A stretch of 64,000 nucleotides of DNA from Heterodontus francisci (lineage: Eukaryota), in assembly GCF_036365525.1 (NCBI RefSeq), contig NC_090387.1, positions 18,445,766 through 18,509,765 on the forward strand, in the 5' to 3' direction. The notes below the pieces were generated by a model that had not been told where the DNA came from, did no database searches, and worked only from the letters and a program-made list of their open reading frames with translations. The position numbers were made by a program, and so were the translations under genes. Shown in pieces: positions 13,793 to 26,195 of this stretch; positions within the stretch are counted from its first letter, which is position 1, and each line of letters opens with the position of its first letter.

Positions 13793-13935
13793 ATGATCGG
13801 ATTCTCTTCAGCAACGCTCTTTATTATGGCCACGAGTTGGTGCTGCTGCTCTTTGATACTCTGCTATTCTCTGTAGTGGACCTGGGCACACAGGACTTTG
13901 TTCTGGCAGCAATCATCACTTACCTTGTACAAAAG
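13793..13935 (+). CDS. TMEM67: meckelin/TMEM67-like exon (143 nt), hydrophobic segment (D)DRILFSNALYYGHELVLLLFDTLLFSVVDLGTQDFVLAAIITYLVQK
   Basis: tgtttccag acceptor, gtaagt donor, phase 1->0; matches [38 protein letters not shown]. Confidence 0.94.
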
Positions 13936-14314
13936 GTAAGTGACAGCTAACAAATATTTGGCAGATTTATGTCAGGATCATGGATTTCTGCTGTGAATGA
14001 CAAACATACAGTGACAGGCAGGAAAAGAGCCTCTGGTGCATCCAGCCTATCCCACACAATTGTGACACCTCGTGCATCACAATATATACTCCCCAACCCG
14101 CCTGAAACCATGTGACCTCCTGGGCGAGGTGGAAAACCAGATAAAAGCCCTGGCCAGTTTGGAGGAAAAAAGTCTGGGAAATTCCTCTCCGACCCCCTGT
14201 TTTGCTCAAAACTGGTCCAGGAGATCACTCACATATCAATTATCACTGATAATTCTATGCAGTTCCTACCTTTTGTACAAGGTGACCTCCAGTTCTCGCT
14301 TCAAGTTTGATGGA

Positions 14315-14930
14315 GAAATAGGAACAGGAGCAGCCCTTCAGGCCTGCCCCGCCATTCAGTTCAATCATGACTGATATGTACTTCAACTGCATTTTCATAC
14401 CTATGCTCCAGATCCCTTGATAATCTGACCTAACAAAAATCAATCTCTCTCCATCATGAAAGCTCCAAGTGTCCAAGTATTATTAGTCTTTTGGGGGAGA
14501 AAGTTCCAAATTTCTTTCTGATTTCACTCATAAACGGCCTCGCTCTTATTTAAAGATTATGTCCCCTTGACCTTGAATTCTGTCATCAAATGAAATCGTT
14601 TCTCCGTATCTACCTTCTCAAATCCTGTAAACCTTTTGAGCACCTCAATTAGATCATCCCTGAATCCTCTATACTAATGAGAATACAAGCCACGGTTATG
14701 CAATCTGTCCTCATAATTTAATCCCCTAAACCTTGGTATCGTCCTGGTGAATCTGTGCTGAAAAGCCAATCTTTCCTGAGGTGCGGTGTTCAAAACTGAA
14801 TGTAGTACTCTAGGTGGCGTCTCACCAAGGCTCTATACAGCAGAAAGATAACTTTCTCTCCTTTTGTATTCCAGTCCCCTGGAGATAAAGGCCATTTTGA
14901 TTGCTTTTGTACCTTAAACGATTTGCGTAC
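14315..14930 (-). mobile_element. Decayed CR1 3' fragment
   Basis: Reverse-complement YSLVRxHLEYYxQF and CR1 3'UTR text. Confidence 0.65.
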
Positions 14931-15014
14931 TTGGACTTATAGTTACACATAGTGCTGGGATTGCAGGTAGCAGTTTTGAACCAGACTGATAACAGGCCTA
15001 GGATTGCAATTACG

Positions 15015-16289
15015 GTGCATTATTCCTCCTGGACCTCGCTGTGGCATTCAGCAGTGTTGACCATGCCTGCCTCCGCCTGCCTCCTCTGATGTCTATCTAC
15101 TGTCTCCAATGCTTCATGGCACTGCTTTTTTAAGAATCTATTACCATCCATCTAGAAATAGCTATCAGTGACCTGCAACAATGACTTATCTTCCCTTCCC
15201 CACACGGCCACCTGCAGAGACTGCTAAGGATCTGTCCTTTTGTTTTCTTCCTCGTCTACATGTTGCCCCTCCACAACATCATCCATAGGTAAGCTGATGA
15301 CACCCAGTTTTACCTCCGCCCCCTCTCGCTCTCGACTGCCTCTGAGTTGCTGCTGTGCCTGACCAGTTTGGATGAGTCATATCATCCTTCAGTTCAACAC
15401 TGGGGAGATTGAAGCCATTGTCTTTAACCCTCACCACAAACTCTGATCCCTTGTCACTGATGCCATCCCCTTGACAGACACTATCTCAGGGTGGCCTGTT
15501 TAATCCTGAGCAGAGTTGAAAACCCCAAATTTTCTCCATCACAACAACTACTTACTTCATCTCTTTAACATCACCTACCTCTGCCCCCAACTCAGCTCCT
15601 CAGTACTGAAACACTTCTACATGCCTTTGTCACCTCCGGAGTCAATTATTCCATTGCTCTCCGTGCTGACCTTCCCTTCACTAACCTCCATAAACAAGTT
15701 GTCCAAAATTTTGCAGTCTGTATCCTACTCCCCAACCTATTTCCACTTGCACATCCCCTGTCCTCACTGACCTGCAACGGCTTCCGGAACACCCCCCTCT
15801 CCCAATGCATTAGGTTTACAATTCTCATCTTTAAATTCCTCCATGATCTCGCTGCATACTGTCTGGAATCAACTCCAGCTCTAAATTCCTTCTTTCCCGA
15901 GGACTCCAGTTATCTGAGTTATGCTTTTTACACGGTGGTTTACAGTTTTATGCTGGGTCAAAATCCCGGAACTCCCTCCGTAACAGCATTGTGGGTATAC
16001 CTACTCCACATGGACTACAGCGGATCAAGAAGGCAGCTCACCATAACCTTCTCAAGGGCAATTAAGGATGGCCAATAAATGCTGCCCTTGCCAGTGATGT
16101 CCACATCCCTTGAATGAATTTTTAAAAACCCTCACCGCGACCCAGCCACAGCCCTCTTTTCACACCACTATTGCATGGCAGAGTCTTCAATCACCTGGGA
16201 CCAGCTCCTAGAATTTAGTCCCTAAACCCATCCAGCTCTCCATCTCTCTCTTTAAAGTCCTTCTCAAACACATCACTTGGACCAAGCTG
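15015..16289 (+). mobile_element. Old L2-clade LINE fragment hosting the Penelope (resumes ~18159-18260) and a short repeat at ~15950-16125
   Basis: Degenerate LLDLSxAFxxVDH at ~15025, YADD-like gctgatgacacccag at ~15295, C/T-rich L2 composition, L2-type 3' tail at 18200-18260. Confidence 0.7.
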
Positions 16290-18158
16290 TCCTACATCCG
16301 TGACTCTTCTGACATCCTACGTCATTTTGACAATTTCCAGTTTTCTGGCCCTAACCGCCTCCTCTTCACTATGGACGTCCAATCTCTCTGCGCCTCCATC
16401 CCCCACCAGGAAGGTTTGAGGGCTCTCCACTTCTTCCTTGAACAGAGGCCTAACCAATCCCCATCCACCACCACCCTCCTCCGCCTGGCTGAACTTGTTC
16501 TCACATTGAACAACTTCTCCTTCAACTCCACTCACTTTCTTCAAGTAAAAGGTGTTGCTATGGGTACCCGCATGGGTCCTAGTTATGCATGTCTTTTTGT
16601 GGGATATGTCGAACATTCCTTGTTCCAGTCCTACTAAGGCCCCCTCCCCCAACTCTTTTTCCGGTACATTGATGACTGCATCGGTGCCGTTTCCTGCTCC
16701 CGCCAGAACTAGAAAACTTTATCGACTTTGCTTCTAATTTCCACCCTTCTTTCACCTTCACATGGTCCATCTTTGACACTTCCCTTCTCTTCCTTGACTT
16801 CTCTCTCTCCATCTCTGGGGATAGGCTGTCAACTAATATTCATTATAAGCCCACCGACTCCCACAGCTACCTCGACTACACTTCTTCACACCCTGCTTTC
16901 TGTAAGGACTCCATTCCATTCTCCCAGTTTCTCCGTCTCCAACGCATCTGCTCTGATGATGCAACCTAGTCCGACAGCGCTTCTGCTATGTCTTCCTTTT
17001 TCCTCAACCGTGGATTCCCCCGCACTGTGGTTGACAGGGCCCTCAACCGTGTCCGGCCCTTTTCCGGCATCTCTACCCTCACCCCTTCCTCTCCATCCCA
17101 GAACCACAACAGGGTTCCCATTGTCCTCACTTTCCACCCCATCAGCCTCCATATCCAAAGGATCATCCTCCGCCATTTCTGCCATGTCCAGCGTGATGCC
17201 ACTACCAAACACATCTTCCCCTCCCCTCCACTGTCAGCATATCAAAGGGATTGTTCCCTCTGCGGCACCCTGGTCCACTCCTCCATTACCCCACCACCTC
17301 GTCCCTTTCCCACGGCACCTTCCCCTGCAATCGCAGGAGGTATAATACCTGCCCATTTACCTCCTCTCTCCTCACTATCCAAGGCCCCTGACACTCCTTT
17401 CAGGTGACACAGGTGTACCTCTTTCAATTTAGTATACTGTATTCGCTGCTCTCAATATGGTCTCCTCTACATTGGGGAGACCAAACGCAGATTGGGTGAC
17501 CGCTTTGCAGAACACCTCCGCTCAGTCTGAAGGCATGAACCCAGGCTTCCGGTTGCTGGCCATTTCAACACACCCCCCTGCTCTCCTGCCCACATCTCTG
17601 TCCTGGGATTGCTGCAGTATTCCAGTGAACATCAATGCAAGCTCGAGGAACAGCACCTCATTTACCGATTAGGCACACTACAGCCTGCCTGACTGAACAT
17701 TGAGTTCAATAATTTCAGAACATGATGGGGCCCCCCTTTTTATTTTTATTTTTAGTTAATTTTTCTGTTTTCTTTTTTATTTATTTGTTTTATTTTAGTT
17801 TATTTTGTTTCTACTGTGCCTACCCACTTTTTTTAATGTTTGTGCTTGGGGCCAGGCTGTTCATTTTTCTGTCTATTAACACCCTCTCTGCACTAATGCT
17901 TTGTCTTTCAGCACACCATTAATATACCGTTTGCCTTTGCTCCATGACCTTCTGGTCAGTTATTCGCTGTGACCTTGTCCTATCAACGCCTTCTCTTTTG
18001 TTATCTCTTGCCCCCACCCCTGCTTTACTTGCTTAAAACCTTTTACATTTCTAATATTTGCTAGTTTTGATGAAGGGTCACTGACCTGAAACTCTGCTTC
18101 TCTCTCCACAGATGCTGAGAGACCTGCTGAGTATTTTCAGCATTTCTTGTTTTTATCT
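16290..18158 (+). mobile_element. Penelope-like retroelement, 5'-truncated: RT, GIY-YIG endonuclease and pseudo-LTR
   Basis: TMDVQSLxxSIPH, KGVAMGTRMGPSYACLFVG, FFRYIDD (RT); VYCIRCSQYGLLYIGETKRRLGDRFAEH (GIY-YIG, ~17430-17520); pLTR with a TGATGA…GAAA core at 18067-18091. Confidence 0.92.
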
Positions 18159-18546
18159 CCTAATCTCTTCCTTTCTGGCTCACCTTATACCTACCTCCGA
18201 AGCACTTTGGAATTTGTTTTCAGCTTAAAAGCACTATATGAATGAAAGTTGTTATTGTTTGTTTGGAGACAAGGAAGTCTCTTGATCAACATCACTAAAA
18301 CAGATTACCTGATCATTACCCCATTGCTGTTTGTGGGAGCTTTCTGTGTGCAAATTAGCTGCTGCATTTCCTATGACTACACTTCAAACGTCCTTCATTG
18401 GCTGTAAAGTGCTTTGGGGTGTTGTGAAAGGTGCTATATAAATGCAAGTCTTTCATTTACAAACAGTACTTGTTCCATTAGGATAGTTGAGAACTGATTA
18501 CAAGTCCTTTTTAACCCAAAAATGTTTTTTTTTCTTATAAAATCAG

Positions 18547-18627
18547 ATTCTGGAATTAATAAGAGAGGCGATTTCAAGGAGGAACTTAGCAGCGAAGACA
18601 CTAGTAGACGAAAGATTCCTTATCTAG
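18547..18627 (+). CDS. TMEM67: meckelin/TMEM67-like terminal coding exon ILELIREAISRRNLAAKTLVDERFLI*
   Basis: T-rich tract then aaaatcag acceptor; TAG stop; conserved meckelin C-terminal KTLVDxRFLI. Confidence 0.94.
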   Translation: MLELIREAISRRNLAAKTLVDERFLI

Positions 18628-19322
18628 AATTTATTTTCTGTCAAGGACTGCTGTACAGATAGGAATGCTTTAATCTTGACAATGCTCATGCAAGTGTGAC
18701 TTTAATTTGAGAACAATGAGTGTTCATTACCAAAGGGACCGTTGAACGACAAGGTTTAAAGCCATGATAGGTAACCCGCTACCTTGCAGAGTGAAACCGC
18801 GCTGTCACAGCTGAATAGAGTGGTTGAAGGAAAATTCAGTAACACACCCAGAAAAAGGAAAATGTAAATGTTTGCAGTCTGAACTGGTGAATCGCATTTT
18901 CCAATACCTTCTGGCTGGACTATTTTGCTCTGAAGACAGTATTTACATTAGGATTGCTTAGAACAAGCCCAAGGTGACACTCCAGAAGATTCTGAAAAAT
19001 GATCGATCACTTTGTGAAGGTTTCTTATCATATTGGCACCTGTATGTTACGTTTCTGAATAATCAGCGCTCGTCCTCCGCTGATGCTGGGCTGTTCACTG
19101 CAAAGTTGGTATTCAAGGTCTTCAGTCCGAGGAATAACACAGAGAGGAAGCCAGGGTGGGGTGTGCTGGTGATAGGTTTGCCAGCTATGGTTGGGTGTAT
19201 TCTCAAAAGTTTCCTCACATGACCACCTGCCTCGAATCATCCCACTCTAAACTCCCGCCATTGGTCCATTGTCCAGGCGCCACTGCCTTCCCACCGCCCA
19301 TTGGAAAGGGAACAGATTCTTA

Positions 19323-19943
19323 GGGCAGTATTTTATGTTCTGCCCCATACCGCCCTAAGAAGGCCCATGAATGGCCTTCCCGCCCCACCACCAATTGAGG
19401 CTCTTAAGTAGCAATTAATGCCCAATTAAGGGCCTCTTCCCGCCTCTGCTGGTATTGTCCCAGCGACGGGTAGGCCTGTTATTGTGCAGGGAGCACAAAA
19501 TGCAAACTTAGCGCTTGATTGAGGGACTCGGCATTGGAAAGGGGGGGCCCGCTGAGAGCCACCCCCCGCCCTTGCTAGCTACCCCACTACAGTCCCCCAC
19601 CCTGCGACCCCCTACCCCATGAAACATCACCTGCTATCACTTACCTCAGGCCTGGGTTGCTCGGCGATCCTGGGCCTTTAGTGGGTGTCGTTCTGACAGG
19701 AGCTACTGCCTCCCTACTGGCGTGTTGTACAAAAGAGCTGCTGGCCTCTGATTGGTGGCAGCTCGTGGTAGGTGAGACTTCCTGGCCCTGGGATCCTGAT
19801 CCTGGGAAAGGCCCGCCATTGGCCTGTTAATGGCCTGATTGACTTGTCATATGGCGGGCCTTCCCCAAAGGAGGCAACATAGGTGTCTTGCTGGCTCTCC
19901 AGCCATCGGCTGAGACCCCCATCACCTCCATAAAATTCCCGCC
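19323..19943. mobile_element. Harbinger-like MITE in the probable meckelin-like 3'UTR
   Basis: gggcagtattttatg…cataaaattcccgcc termini; internal similarity to 56780-57525. Confidence 0.6.
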
Positions 19944-20219
19944 TTTGCTACCTCTTTTTTGCCCCAACCCTATCTCCAATATTTTGTAACTAATAAATGA
20001 AAGCATCCAAAGAAAATGAAAAAGAATAAACACAATGTTGCCTTAATGCCGCTATGACTTTTCCCCTGGGTTGTTTGCAGGTGTGTCCTGTACATTAATT
20101 AATCTGGAAGATTTCAAGACAAACCTGGAGGTTTGACAGGCCTAGCAGTGGGAGGAGTAACAGAATGGAGAGAGAGATTTTGCCATGGAGACTCACTAGA
20201 TGTGAATACAGATCGTAGG

Positions 20220-20590
20220 TAGGAACATAGAAAGAGGAGTAGGCCATTCAGCCCCTCGAGCCTGTTCTGCCATTCAGTGAGATCATGGTTGATCTGTGAC
20301 CTAACTCCATTTACCTGCCTTTGCCCCATATCCCTTAATACCGTTGGATAAGAATAATCTATCAATCTCAGTTTTGAAATTAACAATTGATCTAGCATCA
20401 GCTGCCATATGCGGAAGAGAGTTCCAAACTTCTACCACCCTTTTGCGTGAAGAAGTGTTTCCTAATTTCACTCCTGAAAGGTCTGGCTCTAATTTTTTGA
20501 CTATACCCTCTAGTCTTAAACTCCCCAAAGAGCAGAAATAGTTTTTCTGTATTTACCCTTTCTGTTCCCTTTAATATCTTGAAAACTTCA
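20220..20590 (-). mobile_element. CR1 3' fragment
   Basis: ORF 20301..20528 RVVEVWNSLP…FKTEID. Confidence 0.75.
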
Positions 20591-20634
20591 AGAGTTTGTG
20601 TTTACTCTTTTTGTAATTTAACCCTTGGAGTCCA

Positions 20635-21259
20635 GGGGCTGAATTTACGTTTGTGAGTCCCGATCCCGCCATTGGGAGGAAATGTGGGTCGGGAATGATA
20701 GGGCAATTTTGGAGGAGGCAGCCAGTTAAGGAGTCCTGTCCAATTAAGGACGGCGACCAAGTTCCTGAGGCTGGAGGGCCAATAGGAGGCCCTCCTGCAC
20801 TTACCCATTGGCAGCCCCACCGGCAGAGGTGGAAGCTGCCAATGTAGGTTGGAGGGAGAGAGAATGGAGGCGCCCTCTGAAGACTATTTAAAAACTTGAA
20901 AAATAAAAAGAGGCTACAGCTGCGTGACCGTTATTGCGGAGGGGAAACCACTCCAAGGAGCGGCCAGTGGCCATCTTGGTATGTTGGCTCCAGGGGTGGG
21001 GGAGGGGTGGTTTAAAACAATGCTGGAGTACTGGTTGCCTGGTCTGCTGCCAGGAGGCCACTCCATGCGTGAGCTAGGCTTCAGCCACCAAGGGGTGGTG
21101 GCCACCAGCTGACTGGAAAATTCTAGTTGGCTTCAGGACATTGGCCTTAATAGGCCCATTAATTGCCTTAATAGGTTACCCATCACTTGCGTAACAGGAA
21201 ATTGCAGGCCTCTCTGTCTCTGGTTCCTCATACTGCAGCCATTAAAAAATTTGGCCCCC
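20635..21259. mobile_element. Harbinger-like MITE, degenerate
   Basis: ggggctgaattt…aaaaatttggcccc termini; internal similarity to 152-911. Confidence 0.6.
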
Positions 21260-21852
21260 GGTATTATTCTGGTAAATCTACGCTGTACTCCCTCCAAGGC
21301 CAAACTGTAAAACTGTAACCCTTGGGCTGTCTAACTGCTCCTAACAGGTCAGAAGAATGTGGTGATGAGGCCTATGTCACAAATAAGTCATTTTCTCATC
21401 AGGGTTGTCTCAGTGGCATCGTGGAGTTGCATTGACATGACGGATCATTCATAGAAAACTCCTTTCAGTTCAGGCTGAACTCGGAGGAAGCTATGAGAGA
21501 TATATACAAACACTAAACCTTTCTTCTGCAGATAATTGTGGGGTTTTTTTCCTGATGTGTTGTACATTTTAATGAGCATAAGAGATGTCCAGTGGCATAG
21601 TGTCCCGGGCCTGTCAGTAACTATATTGTATCATCAGAAAACATAAGGCAAGTTTGTTAGATGCTTTGTCGTTAAGAGTTTTCCAATCTTACATTCATCT
21701 GTTATTAAATGTGCCCCAATCATGCCCATCGCTTTAATCAGTAATCAGATATGAACTACAGTATCTTACGAGTGATATATTTTGAGAAATTGTTTTTTAA
21801 ATTTTGTTTGTGTACATTTGCTCTGTATTTTACAATTTTGTACTTATTCTCT

Positions 21853-21858
21853 AATAAA
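21853..21858 (+). terminator. Candidate distal polyadenylation signal (AATAAA) of the meckelin-like gene
   Basis: AATAAA at the end of a U-rich, TGTA-containing 3'UTR-like tract (21780-21870), followed by a GT-rich segment. Other AATAAA near 19992 and 20025 are alternatives. Confidence 0.4.
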
Positions 21859-22151
21859 TGTCTTTTTGCAAGTTATAATGAGTGGTGTCTCGGTGTTGCT
21901 GCAGACTGGGACCGATGTCTTTCAGTCCAGCTCAGACTGATGTGAAGAAATGTGTTCAGGTAACCTCAAGGTGCTTTTATATTCAAGACCTGCAGCCTCT
22001 TGGTGACAGAGGCTGTTGGTGATATGAACTCGCCGACTTCCCAGCTGGCAGTGGAGATGCACTTTTCTGAGAGTCTCACAGGGTCCTCTGGATAGTTCCA
22101 CCTTGATTCTGCTCAGCATCTCAGGTGGAACAGTTCCTGTTAAAATTGAAG

Positions 22152-22605
22152 TGTCAGCTGTGGCTTGTTGAGTAGCACTTCTGGCCTACAACTCAAAGAA
22201 TTGTGAATTCAAGTCCCACACCAGAGATTTGTCACACAATCTAGGGTGATGTTCCAGTGTCAGCACTGAGGGAGTGCCATGTGGTTAGAATGGGACATCA
22301 AACTGAGGTCCCACCTGCTCTCTCAGGTTGATGTAAAAGATCCCATGGCTCTATTTCAAAGTAGAGCTGGGGAGTTCTCACTGGTATGTGGCTAATATTT
22401 ATCCCTCAACCAACATCACTTTAAAAAAAAAATAAAAGATGATTTGGTCATTATCACGTTGCTGTTTGTGGGATCAAACTGTGCATCCTATGGCTGCTTC
22501 ATTTTCTATTTCACAACAGTGACTACACTTCAGAAGTACTTCATTGGCTGTAAACTTGGGGACAGCCTGTGAAAGTTGTTATATAAATGCAAGTTTTTTC
22601 TTTTC
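22152..22605 (+). mobile_element. Deu-domain SINE (SacSINE1/AmnSINE-related), near full length
   Basis: tRNA-like head, core CTCTCAGGTTGATGTAAAAGATCCCATGGC…AATATTTATCCCTCAACCAACATCACT, L2-like tail ATATAAATGCAAGT. Confidence 0.75.
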
Positions 22606-23738
22606 AGTAAAATGTAATTTGTCATTGTGTAATTCAACATGAGCAGAATCAGACGGGAGTGCACACAATTATAAATCATCTATCTCATTGGTACTTAGCA
22701 GAATATGGCTACTTATCACAGAAAGACACAGGTCATTGCTGTTTTATTACGTATTGTGATTGCTTATTCTGAACAGGGTGCAAATTGGCATCCGCGCACC
22801 ACACAAAACATTGGAAAATGTGTCCGTGAATTGGACTTTTACATAAAAGACAAACGACAGAGAATAATCCCTGCTCATAATTTTACCAACATACGTCACT
22901 GATTAGGTTTAAGCAAATCACACATTTCTCATTAAATAGTTTTGAAATGATATCACAGTCCCTATTTTGTGAGCAATGAGAAAGTTGCCCTCGAGAAAGG
23001 TTTTTTTGTGTGAAATTCTAATCCAATTTGGCATCATTTGCTCTGCTTTCCCTGACCTTAATCTGCTTTAAGAATCATGTAAGATCACTTCCAAAAGTCT
23101 TCTCAACTAATGAAAGGTTTTTGATAGCACAACTGCACTAATACACACTGAATTCCCTCTTTCTTTTAGATCTTTTCATTTGGGTATCATCTTTTTCTCT
23201 GTTTGCCTGTGTTATTTTGAGGAGACAGAAGAGAGGTCACTGGACAGGTGACCAATTAATACTAGCTGAGGTTTCAGTCAAACAGCAGCTTCTGTGAGCG
23301 GATATTGGGATCCATCTCATCACAGGAAGCTGATCCAGAGCCATCTGGCAATTTAGAGTTCAGTATTGGACAAGTGCTGCAGTGCACTGAGTAACATTTC
23401 ATTCAATAGAAACAAGTTATATTGCTGCATGCCCTGATGCTCCACTTTTATTAGGAATTGGTTGTACAGTTATATACTTGTAATGGCTTTACCTGGAATA
23501 GTCTATACTGCTTCATAAGGTGCAATGTTCCCTTTCACAGGACTGTCTGCTGTTGTACCAGTCTGCATTGAGTAATGCAGTTAACAGCTGCTCCCTTTAC
23601 ACTAAATGACTGCGCTGCAAAGTACTGTTTCTTTTAAACAGAATTACTGTGCTGCTGACAGTAAAACTCAACAACTATACAAAGAATGGAAATCCAGCAT
23701 CAATATTGCCCATAAAAATGTCATAAATGTGAAGTCTG

Positions 23739-23948
23739 CTCCCAGGAGCAGGAGCAATGGATCTACGTGCAGCTGCCAATCTAGACACGTCCCAATTTGC
23801 TCAAATTATACATAAAACAGCAAAGTAAAATGACAAATGGTAAAAAAAAAAGAAAGCCAGTCATTTTCCGGTGATTTTTGTGACCTTGACAACTTGTCTC
23901 CCAGGAGCAGGAGCAATGGATCTACGTGCAGCTGCCAATCTAGACACG
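23739..23948 (+). repeat. Exact 51-bp direct repeat (23739-23789 and 23898-23948) separated by 108 bp
   Basis: CTCCCAGGAGCAGGAGCAATGGATCTACGTGCAGCTGCCAATCTAGACACG occurs twice. Confidence 0.95.
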
Positions 23949-24581
23949 CCCCTCAGAAAAAGGCAACAAAGCTTTTAATTGACTTCAGATATGCATACTT
24001 GGAGCACTTCCCCACAGGGATTGCACTTTGTAGCTTTAAAGGGACAGCCTAGATTAAATGCAGCATCATCTTAGCAACTATACAACACAGACCATCCTTC
24101 AAACACGAGGTTACGTCACAGCTAGTTTTTTTTTTAATGCACCAACCATATTTGTATTCATAGATTTATTTGAAATATCTAGTGAAGGATTTTTAAAAAA
24201 TATTCCTTCCAGATATAACACCTGTTTTAACCAAAAATAACACACTATGAAGACCAGCAATGCAACACATCTAGCACCTGCTGGGCTTTCCATTAATCTT
24301 TCAAACTGACTTTGATTCCTCTCTTGCAGCAACCTTATGATCTTCTAAAGGTAAGATATTTAATATTTTTTTAAAATCCTTTTTTTGACAGGTAGACAGC
24401 ACAATGAAGTAAACCCAGCTGAACCACATGATGGGGCATGACGTTAATTGATGCATGGCTTCTTTGGCTTGCCTTTCTCGAACAAAGCCAAAAAAAAAAC
24501 TAAGGCCCTTAGTTCTCCCAAACTTTCTGCCAAATTCGAAGGGGAAATCACCAGATACCCTGAAGAAACGGTGTGAACCAT

Positions 24582-26195
24582 TCTAACAAACTTGATTGAA
24601 TTTTTCAAGGAGGTGACTAGATGTGTAGATGAGGGTAAAGCAGTTGATGTAGTCCACAGTGACTTCAGTAAGGCTTTTGATAAGGTCCCGCATGGGAGAT
24701 TGGTTAAGAAGGTAAGAGCCCATGGGATCCAGGGCAATTTGGCAAATTGGATCCAAAATTGGCTTGGTGGCAGGAGGCAGAGGGTGCTGTTTGTGGGTTG
24801 TTTTTGCAATTGGAAGCCTGTGACCAGTGGTGTACTGCCGGGATCAGTGCTGGGACCCTTGCTGTTTGTAACATACATTAATGATTTAGACGTGAATATA
24901 GGAGGTATGATCAGTAAGTTCGCAGATGACATGTAAATTGGTGGTGTGGTAAATAGTGAGGAGGAAAGCCTTAGATTACAGGACGGTATAGATGGGCTGG
25001 TAAGATGGGCAGAGCTGTGGCAAATGGAATTTAATCCTGAGAAGTGTGAGGTGATGCATTTTGGGAGGACGAGCAAGGCGAGGGAATATACAATGGATGG
25101 TCGGACCCTAGGAAGTACAGAGGGTCAGAGGGACCTTGGTGTACTTGTCCATAGATCACTGAAGGCAGCAGCACAGGTAGATAAGGTGGTTAGGAAGGCA
25201 TACGGGATACTTGCCTTTATTAGCCGAGGCATAGAATATAAGAGCAGGGAGGTTATGATGGAGCTGTATAAAACACTAATTAGGCCACAGCTGGAGTCCT
25301 GTGTACAGTTCTGGTCGCCACATTAGAGGAAGGATGTGATTGCATCGGAAAGGGTGCAGAGGAGATTCACCAGGATGTTGCCTGGGCTGGAGCATTTCAG
25401 CTATGAAGAGAGACTGGATAGTTTAGTTTAGAGATACAGCACTGAAACAGGCCCTTCGGCCCACCGAGTCTGTGCTGACCATCAACCACCCATTTATACT
25501 AATCCTACACTAATCCCATATTCCTACCACATTCCCACCTGTCCCTATATTTCCCTACCACCTACCTATACTAGTGGCAATTTATAATGGCCAATTTACC
25601 TACCAACCTGCAAGTCTTTTGGCTTGTGGGAGGAAACCGGAGCACCCGGAGAAAACCCACGCAGACACAGGGAGAACTTGCAAACTCCACACAGGCAGTA
25701 CCCAGAATTGAACCCAGGACGTTGGAGCTGTGAGGCTGCAGTGCTAACCACTGCGCCACTGTGCCGCCCAATAGGCTTGGGTTGTTTTCCTTAGAGCAGA
25801 GAAGGCTGAGGGGGGACTTGATTGAGGTATACAAAATTATGAGGGGCATTGATAGGGTAGATAGGAAGAAACTTTTTCCCTTAGCGGAGGTGTCAATAAC
25901 CAGGGGGGCATAGATTTAAGGTAAGGGGCAGGAGGTTTAGAGGGGATTTGAGGAAAAGATTTTTCATCCAGAAGGTGGCTGGAATCTGGAACACACACTG
26001 CCTGATGCGGTGGTCGAGGTAGGAACCTCACAACATTTAAGAGGTATTTAGATGAGCACTTGAAACACCATAGCATACAAGGCTATGGGCCAAGTGCTGG
26101 AAAATGGGATTAGAATAGATGGGTGCTTGATAGCCAGCACGGATACAATGGGCCGAAGGCCTATTTCTGTGCTGTATAACTCAATAACCCTAATG
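24582..26195 (+). mobile_element. 5'-truncated CR1 LINE, same subfamily as 41580-42836, interrupted by a SINE
   Basis: ORFs 24592..24936 and 24946..25326 are RT; near-identical text to 41580-42800. Confidence 0.93.
25421..25769 (-). mobile_element. tRNA-derived V-SINE (HE1-like) with CR1-type tail, nested in CR1
   Basis: Minus strand: A box (TGGCGCAGTGG), B box (GGTTCAATTC), V-domain GTGGAGTTTGCAAGTTCTCCCTGTGTCTGCGTGGG…GGTTTCCTCCCAC, tail GGGCCGAAGGGCCTGTTTC…(CTAAA)n; ATAG duplicated at the flanks. Confidence 0.88.

Noticed and set aside
23739-23948. Repeat-spacer-repeat as a CRISPR array
   Set aside because: Only two repeats, a 108-bp spacer, vertebrate context and no cas genes.
24340-24400. 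AAG|GTAAGA donor followed by ttttttgacAG acceptor on +
   Set aside because: The implied intron is only ~41 nt and there is no coding context.
24444-25076. 210-aa minus-strand ORF and similar MSSANLLI… ORFs (35133..35525, 41651..41929)
   Set aside because: These are antisense frames of CR1 RT, a common artefact.
25690-25769. tRNA gene (also ~50600-50679)
   Set aside because: The A/B boxes belong to the SINE head and run directly into the V-domain and LINE-derived tail; no convincing cloverleaf.
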